Source: an uncultured Chloroflexia bacterium (GTDB taxonomy: Bacteria; Chloroflexota; Dehalococcoidia; DSTF01; WHTK01). Taken from it: a stretch of 64,000 bases of DNA. Location: the NCBI GenBank assembly GCA_963703905.1, contig CAVPFY010000006.1, positions 34,918 to 98,917 of the forward strand. The letters run 5' to 3'. The stretch's first letter is position 1; every line of letters starts with the position of its first letter. Below, in pieces: positions 34,360 through 46,873 of this stretch. The notes below the pieces were generated by a model that made no database searches, had not been told where the DNA came from, and was given only the letters and a program-made list of their open reading frames with translations. A program made the position numbers and the translations under genes.

Positions 34360-35660
34360 GACATGGACGGTTGCCGATGACGATGGGCACAGCAGTCTTC
34401 ATCGTCATCGTCATGGTCTCGCCGCGCGGTACGCCGTCGCCAGCCACACGCCTTCGGTCGAGCCTTCGGCCAGCGGGTCACAGCCGGCCAGCAGCCGGCC
34501 GGCGACGCGGACGTTCTCCAATCGAGCACCCGGCCATCCACGTCCACCGGCTGCATGCGTCCGCGTTGGCGCGCACGCCGGCCGCGTGGATCGGTGGCGA
34601 GCTGCTGACCCAGAAAACTGCGGCTCGAACCAATCGCCCAGGCCTCGCTGGCGCCTGCCACCGGCAGATCCGAACACCGCTTCGCGCAGCATCCCGTGGT
34701 GGTCGCTGGTGATGCCGCCGCCGTAGAGGCCGCCGGTCGCCAGGATGATGCGTGTCCGCTCGAGTAGGTCAGTCGCGCGTCGCGCCCGGCACACGCACGC
34801 CGGTGCATCGCCCGCCCGTCGACATCACCGCCCGCGGCCGTCATGTCGAGCAGGAGCTGCACGCCGGCGCCCTGCCAGCGCCCGTTTGAACGCCGTTGAA
34901 GAGCCGCATCCCCGGCACGCTGGGCGGCAGGGTCGGGATCTCGAAGACGGGCACGCCCAGGCGGTCCTGCAGGTCGCGCCAGGCCTCGGCGTGCCGTTCC
35001 AGCCCGAGCACGGCGGGGAAGCCGACGCGCGTCGCGCCCTCCAGCCTCGGCTTGAGCAGCTACGCGAGGCGCTCTCGCACGTCCGCCCGGTCGAAGAGCC
35101 GCGCCAGCCCGACGGGGGTGGCGTCGAACTTGCTGGTCTGCACTTCCGGCAAGGTCGAAGGCATCGGCCTGCGCGGCGTAACCTTGCCGTGCCAGGTTGT
35201 CGGCGCACAGCGCCGGGTAGAAGTCGCGCCAGCCGTCCGGCCCGGCGATCAGCATGGCGCCGCCATCTCGCAGGTCGCCGCTGCGAAGCTCTCCGGCACG
35301 ACGGCCGCCCGCACCTCGCGCCCAGCGCCGTCGGCAGCACGAAGTTGCCGTTCAGATCCGGATCGCCTGCATAGCTCAGGCCCGCCGGCTCGCACGCCTG
35401 GCGCAGCATCGACGATGCCCGCCCGCGATCGCATCGACCCCCGCCAGCGCGTAGGGGTGCTCCGGGTGCATCGCGATCCAGCGTTCCAGCCCCGCGCCCA
35501 AGGGTTCGGCTGTATCCAGGACGCCGAGCCAACCTGGCATGATGTGCGTCGTGCCGATGCCCGCGGCCAGCACGCTCACCTGCGCGCCGCGCCGACGGGC
35601 CATCCATGCTGCCAGGAGCCCCGCCGGCCCGGCGCCGATGACCAAAACGTCATTCCCATC
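34356..35660 (-). CDS. glpB: Anaerobic glycerol-3-phosphate dehydrogenase subunit B (frameshifted; possibly fused to GlpA)
   Basis: DVLVIGAGPAG, DFYPALCADNL, RVGFPAVLG, FEIPTLPPSVPGMRL, LATGGLYGGG, GVWLATAY. Confidence 0.88.
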
Positions 35661-37291
35661 GGGCTGCCCTCCGTCGCCGTTCGTAGTGACGGCTTCAGCC
35701 GTTCCGTCTCGGCCCACTTCCAGCCGATCCAACCCCAGAATCACCGACCGGTAGATCTGCTCGTCCAGCAGCGCCTGGCGCAGGCTCTGGCCCCACAGCA
35801 GCGGCCGCTGGCCCTTCCAGCGCCGCTGCGCGAAGTCCGCCAGGGCGCGGTGGCCTGCGGGGCGTCCTGACGTGCCCGACGTCGTGCAGGATGCCGCCGC
35901 GCGCGATAGCCGCAGAAGCCGCCCTGGCACGGCCCCATGCCCAGCCGCAGATCGCGCCGCAGATCGTCCAGCACCCACGGCGCGCCGATATCCGGATGGG
36001 CGCGCGCTGCGTCCTCGCAGTCTGCGAGCGGGTGACCAGCTCGCACTCGCAGATCAGCGGGTCGAGCGTCGTCGCTGTCTTCGACATCCTCCAGGCGATG
36101 CCCCAGCCAGTGCGGCTTGCGGCGGCGATCAGGGGAATCCGCGCGTCGGGCAAAACATAATCTTGCCGTCTGGCAGGGCTCGGTCACGCCCAGCTGCGCG
36201 CAGACCACATCGGCGGCGCGCTCGGCCATCAGGCGGTAGGTGGTGAACTTGCCGCCGACCACCGTCACCAGCCCGCTGACGCCGTCGCGCGTGGCATGAT
36301 CCAGCACGGCGAAGGTGCGCTTGGCCTCGCGGCCTCGGCGCCGCCGCCTTCTTCGTAGAGCGGGCGGACGCCGGCCCAGGCGCGCAGGGCGCGCACCTGG
36401 CTGAAGCCGGGCACCATCTTCTCGCCCTCATCCAGCATCCGCGCACTTCCCACGGCTCGACGCTGGTGTCGTTCGGGTCGGGCACGTTGACCGAGGTGGT
36501 GCCGATCACGGCGACGGTGCCGACCGGCACCAGGATGTCGCCGTCGCCCGGCGGGTGGCAGCGGTTGATGATGGTGTTGACGAAGCGGTAGGCCATCGCG
36601 ACCATCGTGCCCTTGCTGGGCCGCACGGTGACCGGGCAGCCCGCCATGCGCCGCGATCTGCCCGGCCCACGCGCCCGCCGCGTTGACGACCAGCGGATGC
36701 CGCCAGGAAACGCTCCTCGCCCGTGCGCCGGTTGCGCACCGTGACGCCGGTCACTCTGCCGCCCTGCACCGTCAGGCCGACGACCTCGTGGTAGGTGAGC
36801 ACCGTGCCGCCGTGCGCCTGGATGGCCGCGCCAAGCGCAGTGCAGCACGTCGAAGGAGTCGCACGAGGCATCGGGCACGCGGAAGGCGCGGCTGATGCGC
36901 GGGTTGAGCGCCGGTTCTTGCCGCAGCATCTCGGCGACCGGTGATCTCCTCGGCCTCGATGCCGCACGCGCGGCAAGCCGCCAGCCACTTGTCGGCGTAG
37001 GCAGGGTCGTCGTCCGGCGTCGCGACGAAGAAGCCGCCGGTGTCCTCGATGGCGTGCGGCACGATCCGGCGCAGGATGCGGTTCTCGTCGATGCACTCGC
37101 GCGCCGATTCGGGGTCGCGCACGGCGTAGCGCCCGCCGGAGTGCAGCAGCCCGTGGTAGCGGCCGGACGTGCCGTCGGTCAGATCGCGCCGCTCGACCAG
37201 CGCCACGCGCAGCCCGCGCAGCGCCAGGTCCAGCGCGGTCCCGCCGCCCGTCGCGCCGCCGCCGATGACGATGACGTCGAATGACTGTCAT
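35660..37291 (-). CDS. glpA: Anaerobic glycerol-3-phosphate dehydrogenase subunit A (frameshifted)
   Basis: DVIVIGGGATG, GTSGRYHGLLHSGGRYAV.D...A.ECI.EN, VNAAGAW, WAGVRPLY, GGKFTTYRLMAE, ICECELV, R.GMGPCQGGFC. Confidence 0.92.
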
Positions 37292-37319
37292 GGTAACGGC
37301 GATGATACGATGACGTCAT

Positions 37320-38843
<1,524 letters not shown>

Positions 38844-38917
38844 CTCGGCATCCTTCTTTGGACGCAAAAGGGGCACGCCGTGCGTGCCCCTGAGTGATCG
38901 GCGCATACCGCCGGCGG

Positions 38918-39421
38918 CTAAAACTCGTGGAACTTGCCGTGTACGGCGCCGCAAATGGGACAGCGCTCCAGCGCTTCGCCCGCCATGGTGTAACCGCACA
39001 CACCGCACACGAACACTTTCGGGAGCACCATGTCTGCACCGCCGGCAACGGCATCACGCGCCTGGGCATAGAGGGTCGCGTGGACCTTCTCGGCCTCCAA
39101 CGCGTCATTCATGCTCCGCAAGGCGCGCTTTTCCTCCTGCAGGGTGGCGACGTTCATGTAAGTTGGATACATCTCGGCGATCTCGAACGTCTCGCCGCCC
39201 AGCGCTGCTTCCACGTTTTGCAGCGTCTTGCCGACGCCGCCCAGAGCGCGCAAGTGGTTGGCCGCGTGCATCTGCTCGGAAAAGGAGGCGGCCTGGAACA
39301 GGCGGGCCACATTGACCAAGCCTTCGCGTTCCGCAAGTTCAGCGAAGACTGCGTATTTCAGATGGGCTTGGCTTTCACCGGCGAACGCATCTGACAAGTT
39401 CTTCTGGGTCATGTCCTTCAT
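38918..39421 (-). CDS. rbr: Rubrerythrin
   Basis: [13 protein letters not shown] diiron motifs, and a C-terminal rubredoxin-like CGVCGY...CPICG. Confidence 0.93.
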   Translation of the reverse strand: MKDMTQKNLSDAFAGESQAHLKYAVFAELAEREGLVNVARLFQAASFSEQMHAANHLRALGGVGKTLQNVEAALGGETFEIAEMYPTYMNVATLQEEKRALRSMNDALEAEKVHATLYAQARDAVAGGADMVLPKVFVCGVCGYTMAGEALERCPICGAVHGKFHEF

Positions 39422-39563
39422 CGTTGAAACTTCTCCTCGCTAGGGTAGGTTGATAGCGGCCCGTGATGCACTGGGGCCGGTTTGAGGATAGTTTCACGAT
39501 AGCATACGCCCCGCATTCTGTCAAAAAGTGACAATTATCACGAAAATGACGCTGCACGTCCGC

Positions 39564-40187
39564 TCACCAGAAGGTGATCCGGCGCTCCGTCCCATCGGCC
39601 AACCGCTTCAGGTTGGGTTTCAGTGCGATCAGCACGATGACCGCTACCGGCAGGCCAAAGAGCAGATTTTGCCACGGATGCATCACAGGCTCAAAGATCG
39701 CCAGCGAACCCAGCGTAACCACCGCGCCGATCCCGACTGTGATGGTCGCCAGCGAGGCATAGCGCCCAACGTATAGCATGGACAGTCCCAGCAGGGCCAC
39801 GATGGTCCCGGCGACGGGGTCGAGGGCTACCAGCGCCGCGGCGGCCGTCGCGCCGCCCGCGCCGCCGCGCCACCCCAGGAAGAGCGACCAATTGTGCCCG
39901 GCGACGGCAGCCATGCCGGCAAGCGCCGCGGCGGCGTCCGAGCCTAATACATAACGCCCCAACCATACGGCGAGCACCCCCTTGGCGACGTCTCCGACGC
40001 CGGTGATCACGAAGGGAGCCATCCTGCCGGTGGCGCGCAGCACGTTCGTTCCTCCAGTGCGCCCGCTGCCGTGCTTTCGCACATCCACCCCCCAGGCGCG
40101 CCCCGCCAGGTAACCCACGGGAATTGCGCCGAGTAGGTATCCGCCTACTGCCGCCAGCACGAGCTTAAGCACGACCTCAGCCTGCAC
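39564..40187 (-). CDS. plsY: Glycerol-3-phosphate acyltransferase PlsY
   Basis: [38 protein letters not shown]...GGAG. Confidence 0.9.
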   Translation of the reverse strand: MQAEVVLKLVLAAVGGYLLGAIPVGYLAGRAWGVDVRKHGSGRTGGTNVLRATGRMAPFVITGVGDVAKGVLAVWLGRYVLGSDAAAALAGMAAVAGHNWSLFLGWRGGAGGATAAAALVALDPVAGTIVALLGLSMLYVGRYASLATITVGIGAVVTLGSLAIFEPVMHPWQNLLFGLPVAVIVLIALKPNLKRLADGTERRITFW

Positions 40188-40202
40188 GATCAGTATTCCT
40201 CA

Positions 40203-40950
40203 GTGTTCCAGGATTTTGCTCAGGAAGAGCTTCGTCCGCTCGTGCTTCGGCGCGGTGAACAGGGAGTCGGGTGTGGTGTCTTCGACGATCTTGCCCTCAT
40301 CCATGAAGATCGATTCGCTGGGCGGCGGCGCGAGCAAAGCCCATCTCGTGCGTCACTACCGAGCATGGTCATGCCGCTTTTCGCCAGGTCCATCATCACG
40401 TCCAGCACTTCTTTGATCATCTCCGGGTCCAGCGCGCTGGTTGGCTCGTCGAAAAGCATGATCTTGGGATTCATCGCCAGCGCGCGCGCAATGGCGACCC
40501 GCTGTTGCTGCCCACCGGAGAGCTGGCCGGGATAGGAGTCGGCCTTCTCGGGGATGCCGACGCGTGTCCAGCAATTCCAGCGCCGTTCGCGTCGCCTCGT
40601 CTTCACTGCGCTTGCGTACCGATCCGCTGCGCCAGGCGTGATGTTCTGCAGCGCCGTCAGATGGGGAAACAGGTTGAACTGTTGGAACACCATGCCGACT
40701 TCGGCCCGCACCGCGTTGATGTCGGTGGACTTGCGGGTTAGGGGGATGCCGTCCACGATGATTTCGCCCGAGGTGACCGGCTCCAGGTGGTTGATACTGC
40801 GCAGCAGAGTGGATTTGCCCGACCCGCTGGGTCCGATGATGACCAATACCTCGCCGGGCTGCACGTTGAGCGACACATCGTCCAAGCGCATGGCACCTTC
40901 GGCCGAACCATTTATGGACATGGCTGACTGTAATGATCGGTTCGACCGAC
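40203..40950 (-). CDS. Polar amino-acid ABC transporter ATP-binding protein (GlnQ-like; frameshifted)
   Basis: [59 protein letters not shown]. Confidence 0.93.
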
Positions 40951-40959
40951 GCTACACCC

Positions 40960-41823
40960 CTATCCGTCTTGTCTATCGTCGAGCCGCCGTTCCGCCGCCG
41001 TGAAGAGGCGTGTGAAGAACAGCGTCATGATCAGATAGATCAAGGCGACCATCGTGAAGGTATCGAAGCTCAGAAAGCTGCGCGCAACGAACTCACGCCC
41101 GCGCCGGGTCAGGTCAGATACCGCCAGGACCGAAACCAGCGAGGAATCCTTGAGCAAGGTCACGAACTCGTTGCCCACGGGCGGCAGGATCACGCGAATC
41201 GCCTGCGGCAAGATGATGTAACGCATGGACTGCAAATAGTTCATGCCGAGTGAGCGGGCAGCCTCCATCTGACCTTTGGGGATGGATTGAATGCCGGCGC
41301 GGAAGATCTCGGTCATGTAAGCGCCGTAAGCCACGGTGAAGCCGATCACGGCGGCGGTGAATGGCTCAAGCCTGCGATCCAGGATATACTGCCCTGCGGC
41401 CGGGGCAAAGCCGCTGACCCATGTACCTGTGACATCCCGCAACTGCGGCAGCGCGAACCAGATCCACAGTAGCCACACCAACACCGGGATGCCGCGCACT
41501 ATTTCAACGTATAGGGATGCCGTGCCCTTGATGAGCCGGTTGTGCGAAACCCGCCCCAGGCCACCGATCATGCCGACAATCAGGATGAAGAAGAATGAGG
41601 TGATCGTGATTTTAAGTGTGACAACGATGCCATCCCGCACGAAACTGAAAATCTCGGCGTATGGTTCGGGAACGCCCCGCACCAGGAAGGCCACCAGGGC
41701 GACGACCGCGAAAAACAGCAGCCACCAGCGATCAGACCGCGCCCACAACTCGCGGCCCCAATCGTCCAGGCTGGGCCGGACCGTTGTACCGGGTGCAGTG
41801 GCCGGTGAGGCCGGGTCTGCCAT
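40960..41823 (-). CDS. Polar amino-acid ABC transporter permease (HisM/GlnP type)
   Basis: YVEIVRGIPVLV, AYGAYMTEIFRAGIQSIPKGQMEAARSLG, PQAIRVILPP.GNEF..LLKDSSL. Confidence 0.93.
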   Translation of the reverse strand: MADPASPATAPGTTVRPSLDDWGRELWARSDRWWLLFFAVVALVAFLVRGVPEPYAEIFSFVRDGIVVTLKITITSFFFILIVGMIGGLGRVSHNRLIKGTASLYVEIVRGIPVLVWLLWIWFALPQLRDVTGTWVSGFAPAAGQYILDRRLEPFTAAVIGFTVAYGAYMTEIFRAGIQSIPKGQMEAARSLGMNYLQSMRYIILPQAIRVILPPVGNEFVTLLKDSSLVSVLAVSDLTRRGREFVARSFLSFDTFTMVALIYLIMTLFFTRLFTAAERRLDDRQDG

Positions 41824-42009
41824 GCGCTTTTCTCCCTGTGGTGGGGTTGCGGGCGGGATAGCTACTGCCCGCAACGGTCATGACATCGCGATCTGACTAG
41901 GGCACTGCCTGCAATGCAGCCACAGCGGCTTCGTGGTTCGGCTGGTCTTGTGGCCCGCTACATTGTGCGGTGAAAGCCGGGCGTGATCCGTAGGCTATGT
42001 TCCTCGCCC

Positions 42010-42963
42010 CTACCTTCGCAGTCGCGGGTCCAGCGCATCGCGCAGCCCGTCGCCGAGCAGGTTGAAGCCAGCACCGTCAGCATGATCAGCAACGCCGGGG
42101 AAGAAGACCAGGTGCGGCGCGGTGAAGACCTGGTTGCGCTCCGCGCCGAGCATCGAGCCCCATTCGGCCATCGGCGGCTGAGCGCCCAGCCCCAGGAACG
42201 ACAGCGCGGCCGCGTCGAGGATTGCCGTGGCGATGCCCAGCGTGCCCTGCCACGATCAGCGGCGTCAGCGCGTGCGGCAAGATGCTCTTGAAGACCAGCC
42301 GAGGTGGGGGCGACGCCCACTGCGCGTGCGGCCATCACAAAATCCAATTCTTTGACGGACAGGACACTGGCGCGGCTCACGCGCGCATAGGCCGGGATGG
42401 AGACGATGCCGATCGCCAGCAGCGCATTGATCAACCCTTCGCCCAACACCGTGACGATGGCGATGGCCAGCAATAGCGCCGGAAACGCCAGCAACACATC
42501 CATGACCCGCATGATGATGTTGTCGCCCCAGCCGCCCAGCATAACCCGCCAGCGCCCAGCAGCGTGCCGATGACGATGGCAAAGCCCACCGTGGTGAAGC
42601 CCACGATCAGCGACACCCGCGAGCCATAGACCACCCGGCTGAACAAGTCGCGCACGTTGCCGTCGATGCCCAGGATGTGCTGCGGTTGGTCTTCCGGGCA
42701 ACCCAACAGGTGGATACACGGCGGCTGGCGCTTCTTCACCTTCTCGACGCCGATGAGCACCTTGTCCGGCGCGTAGGGCGCGATGATGGGGCGCGGTCAG
42801 CGCCACCAAGACCAGAAGCCGACAGGATGACCATCCCGACAATGGCCGACCGGTTGCGGAAGAGCGCCCGCAGGGCATCCTGCATCGGCGTGCGCGGCGG
42901 ATCGGCTGAGCGACTCGGCTCCGTGCTGGCCGGCGTGATGGCCGTGGCTGTGGCAGTCGTCAT
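42010..42963 (-). CDS. dppC: Peptide/nickel ABC transporter permease, DppC-like (frameshifted)
   Basis: HILGIDGNVRDLFSRVVYG.RVSL, MRVMDVLLAFP, AAALSFLGLGAQPP..EWG.ML, GDGLRDALDPR. Confidence 0.88.
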
Positions 42964-42974
42964 AGGGTGCTAGC

Positions 42975-44056
42975 TCAGGCGGACCCGCGGGTCCAGGAAC
43001 GCGTAGAGCGATGTCTACGAGCAGGTTGACAATGACATAGATTACGGCAATGACCAGCGTGAACCCCTGGACGATCGCATAGTCGCGCGCCTGGATGGCA
43101 TCGAACAGAATGCGACCCACCCCGGACAGATCGAAGATGGTCTCGGTCAGCACGGCGCCGCCCAGCAGGCCGCCCAGCGACAGGCCGATGATCGTCACCA
43201 CCGGGATCATGGCATTGCGGAAGCCATGGCGCATGACGACGACGCTGCTCGCGCAGGCCCTTGGCACGCGCGGTGCGGATGTAGTCCAGGCCCAGCACCT
43301 CGAGCAGGCTGGAGCGGGTCATGCGCGCAATCAGCGCCATGGGGATCGTGCCCAGCGCGATCGCCGGCAGAATCAGGTGCTTGGCCGTATCGCAAAAAGC
43401 CGGTCCAGTTGCCTGTCACCAGGGAGTTAAAGAGATGCAGGTTGGAAAGGAACATCAAGCACCGTGAAGAGCCGGTCCATCGGTAATGGTGAGATTCCAG
43501 CTCTCGATCAGCGAGGGCAGGAGAACGCCCGCCGTATTGCGCCCCGACGGCGGCAGCCAGAATGGGGTGCCCTTCAGCAGCAGCGCAAAGACGTAGGCCA
43601 GCATCAAGCCCAAGCCAGAAGACCGGCATGGAGACGCCGACATTGGCGACCACCATGGTGCCCACGTCCACCGCCGAATTGCGCTTGACGGCCGAGATGA
43701 TCGCCCAGCGGAATGCCCACCAGTGACGGCGAAAATCAGCGCCGCAGAGCGCCAGCTCGATCGTCACCGGCAGTCGCTCGATCAGAATATCGGTGCACCG
43801 GCGGCCGTAGCGGAAGGAATCGCCCAGGTCACCGTGCAGGACATCGCGGAGATAAATGCCGAACTGCACCGGGATCGGCTTGTCCAGCCCGTAGCGCTCG
43901 TTGAAGGCATCGCATACCTGGTCGGTGGCCTTCTCGCCCAGCATGGCGCGGCAGGGGTCGCCAGGCAAGCAGGCGCGCCATGGCGAAGGTGACGAACAGG
44001 ATGCCGAGCAGCACCGGGATGGCAGCCAGCAAGCGCTGGCTGATGAAACGTATCAT
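42975..44056 (-). CDS. dppB: Peptide/nickel ABC transporter permease, DppB-like (frameshifted)
   Basis: [69 protein letters not shown]. Confidence 0.9.
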
Positions 44057-44146
44057 GCTCGCTTACGCTCTCTTGACCTTAACTGAAAGGGCGCAGCCCG
44101 ACTGCAACACGTGCTATCCGACTGCGCCCGATCATCGGACTTCCGC

Positions 44147-44186
44147 GAACGGGGCGGGCGGCCCACGAGCGCTGCCCGCCCCGTTC
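44147..44186. terminator. Strong stem-loop after the substrate-binding protein gene (mRNA-stabilizing or partial terminator)
   Basis: GAACGGGGCGGGCG-N12-TGCCCGCCCCGTTC, 13 of 14 positions complementary; no clear U-tract. Confidence 0.6.
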
Positions 44187-44195
44187 ATCCGGTCG

Positions 44196-46693
44196 TTACT
44201 CCGCAGGCGGTGCGTTCAGGAACTGGCCCCGAACAGCGCCGGGAAGTAGGTGAAGTCGCCGTCGCGGCCCTTGTGCAGCGGGTTCGCGGCGTCCCACTGG
44301 ACCGCGTAGGAGAGCCACCACGTCCTTGGCGATCCAGCGTGCTGCCATCATGGAACTTGACGCCCTCGCGCAGGGTGAAGGTCCACTCGGTCAGGTCGTC
44401 GTTGGCTTCGCAGCTTCTCGCCAGGGCCGGCTCCACATCGGTGCCGCCGACCTCGTAGGCCAGCAGCGACTCATTGATCTGCTCGCAGGCCCGGCAGGAT
44501 CTCGCCGTCCGTCTCGTCGGCGCAGTAGAGGCCGATCGGCTCGGCGTTCTGCATCCAGACGAACTGCGTGCGGCCGCCCGGAGTCCATCACGCGAAGCTC
44601 TCGTGCGTCAGCGGGCTGGCGTGCGCGCCCTCGACGTCAGCCTTGAAGGCCGTCGCCGAACCGCCGTGCGCCACGGGCATCATCGGCACGTGCTGCTTGA
44701 CCAGGTCGTTGGCCTCGTCGTAGAGCTGCTTGCGCTGCGGCCTGGTCGGCCAGCGGCGGCCTCCTTCAGGATGGTCGTCGATATCCGGGAAGCCTGTGCC
44801 GAACTGCGGCGAAGCGCCTGCGCCGAAGTGGTAGTCCAGGAAGTTGGTCTGATCGGGATAGTCGGCGCCCCAGCCCAGCAGGTACAGCGTGCAGCGTCGC
44901 CCTTGATCGCCGCGTCGAGGAAAGCGCCAGACTCCATGACGTCGATCTCGGCGTCGATGCCCAGGTTCTGCTTGAGCTGGGCCTGGATGTCCTGCGCCAC
45001 CACGCCGGGCTCGGGCAGGTAGCCGCGCACCACGTCGCGGTAGGAGAGCTCGGTCTCGAAGCCGTTCGTCGAAGCCCGCTTCGGTCAGCAGCTTCTTGGC
45101 CGTCGGCCGGGTCGAACTCGTACCAGTCCTCGCCCTCGCAGCCGCCGAGGATGGCGCAGGCGTGAAGTGGGTCGCCACCGATCGAGCCCGTCGGGATAGA
45201 AGTTGTCGACGATGCGCTGGCGGTCGATGCCCATGGCGATCGCCTGGCGCACCTTCTCGTTGTCGAAGGGCGCTGATCGTGTTGTTCATGCCGAGGTAGA
45301 AGATGTTCAGCGCGGCGCGCGGGTACAGCTTCAGCGTCGTCGTCGCCCTCGATCGTGGCGAAGTCATCCGGGCCGGGGTTGTCGATGCCGTCCACGGTGC
45401 CGGACTGCAGCTCGAGCAGGCGGGCCGCGCCTTCCGTGCTCCAGCGGAAGACCAGGGTCTCGGCCTTGGCCGGTTCGCCCCAGTAGTTCGGGTTCGGCTT
45501 CAGGATGATGCTGTCGCCCTTGCGCCACTCCTCGAGCATGTAGGGGCCGGTGCCGACGGGCTTTCGGTCAGCGATCCCCGCCGCCGCCGGTCGCTCTCCA
45601 GGTAGGCCTTCGGAAGGCTGGATCGGCGAAGGCCGAGAAGGCAACCTTGGAGGGGAAGGCCACATCGGCTGGCACAGAGCGTGAACTTGACCGTCTGATC
45701 GTCCACCGCCTCGATGGACTTGATGCTCGCCGCCGTAGTCGCAGTTGGCGGCCTCGTAGCTGGTGTCGGTCACGGTCTTCGCCTGGTAGCCGCCCTCAGC
45801 CGGCAGCAGCCGGCTTCAGCGGCTCGCGCCGATCCACTTCGCGTAGATCTTGTCGTACTCGCCGCTGGCCTTGACGTTCTGCCAGGCCGGCGTTGAACAG
45901 CGGCAGAGACCTGCTTGGGATCGCCCTTCTGGACGGTCAGCGCATAGTACTCGTTCGGTGACGATCTCGCCGACGATCATCAGCTTGCCCTTGAACTGCT
46001 CGGACTGCAGCGCATAAGTTGGCGGCCACGGGGGTATCCACGATCACGGCGTCGATGTTCTTGTTGAGCAGGTCCAGCATGGCCAGGTCAGGCGTGTCGT
46101 ATTGCTTCAGGGTCGGCGTCCTTGATCTTGTCACCGACGTAGATCGCGCCGGTCGTGCCGATCTGCGCGCCGACCGTCTTGCCCGCCAGAGTCCGTCTCG
46201 GTCTTGATGGCGGCTGTCATCCGCCCGCACCACGACGGCCTGATTGGCATCGAAGTACGGGTCGGAGAAGTCGTACTTCTTCTTGCGCTCATCGGTGATG
46301 GTGACCGAGGAGAGGATGCCGTCGTAGGCGCCGCCCTCCAGGCCGGCGAAGATGCCGTCCCAGGCGGTGTTCTTGATCTCGACCTCGAACTCCTGATCCT
46401 TCGCGATGGCCGTGATCAGGTCCATGTCGAAGCCGACGATGTTCTTGCTCTCGTCCACGAACTCCATGGGCGGGAACGATGCATCGCTGGCGATGACGAA
46501 CTTCTTGGCCGCTGGCGCCGCGGTCGGCTCGGGGGCCGGTGCTTGGGCGCCTCGGTCGGTTCGGCGGCAGCGGGCGCTTCGGTAGGGCCGCGGGCTCCGC
46601 AGCCGGCGCGGGCGCGCGCCTGGCGCAGCCGGCCAGCAACCCCAACACCAGGATGGCGAGGGCTGCAATGCTCAGGAACTTGAACAGCTTCAT
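44196..46693 (-). CDS. Lipoprotein substrate-binding protein, apparent fusion of SBP family 3 (amino acid) and circularly permuted SBP family 5 (peptide) domains (frameshifted)
   Basis: Signal peptide and lipobox LLAGC; family-3 domain ASDASFPPMEF..GFDMDL..TAWDGIFAGL..ITDERKKKYDFSDPY..GAQIGTTG..YDKIYAKW; short Ala/Glu linker; family-5 domain PVGTGPY....W..GD.I.L..NP.YWG, IFYLGMN, KVRQAIAM.IDR, GWGADYPD; single stop at 44196. Confidence 0.8.
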
Positions 46694-46844
46694 GTGAGTG
46701 ATCTCCTCCTAAAGAGAATCAGCAACCATAGGATATGCTGGGCAGGGGTAACGCGCTCTGCAGATGGTCGCACCTCCTTATCGAACCCACTTGGCAGGCA
46801 CGACTCTGAGCACGCCAGATGAGCGGGCAATGCGGATGACGCAC

Positions 46845-46873
46845 ATTATAGGGACTTAATCGGGCGGTGTCAA
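46845..46873 (-). promoter_or_regulatory. Perfect-consensus sigma70 promoter of the hybrid ABC operon
   Basis: On the minus strand TTGACA (46873-46868), N17, TATAAT (46850-46845); SD AGGAGG before ATG 46693. Confidence 0.8.

Noticed and set aside
45816-45818. In-frame TGA in the substrate-binding protein as selenocysteine or readthrough
   Set aside because: It lies in an Ala/Glu linker within an indel-rich patch, at no catalytic Cys position, and I see no SECIS-like hairpin. An indel is the simpler explanation.
46700-46840. Riboswitch or leader peptide in the 145-nt leader of the hybrid ABC operon (contains an extra AAGGAGGT)
   Set aside because: No start codon at a suitable distance from that SD-like sequence and no recognisable aptamer. 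Too weak to report.
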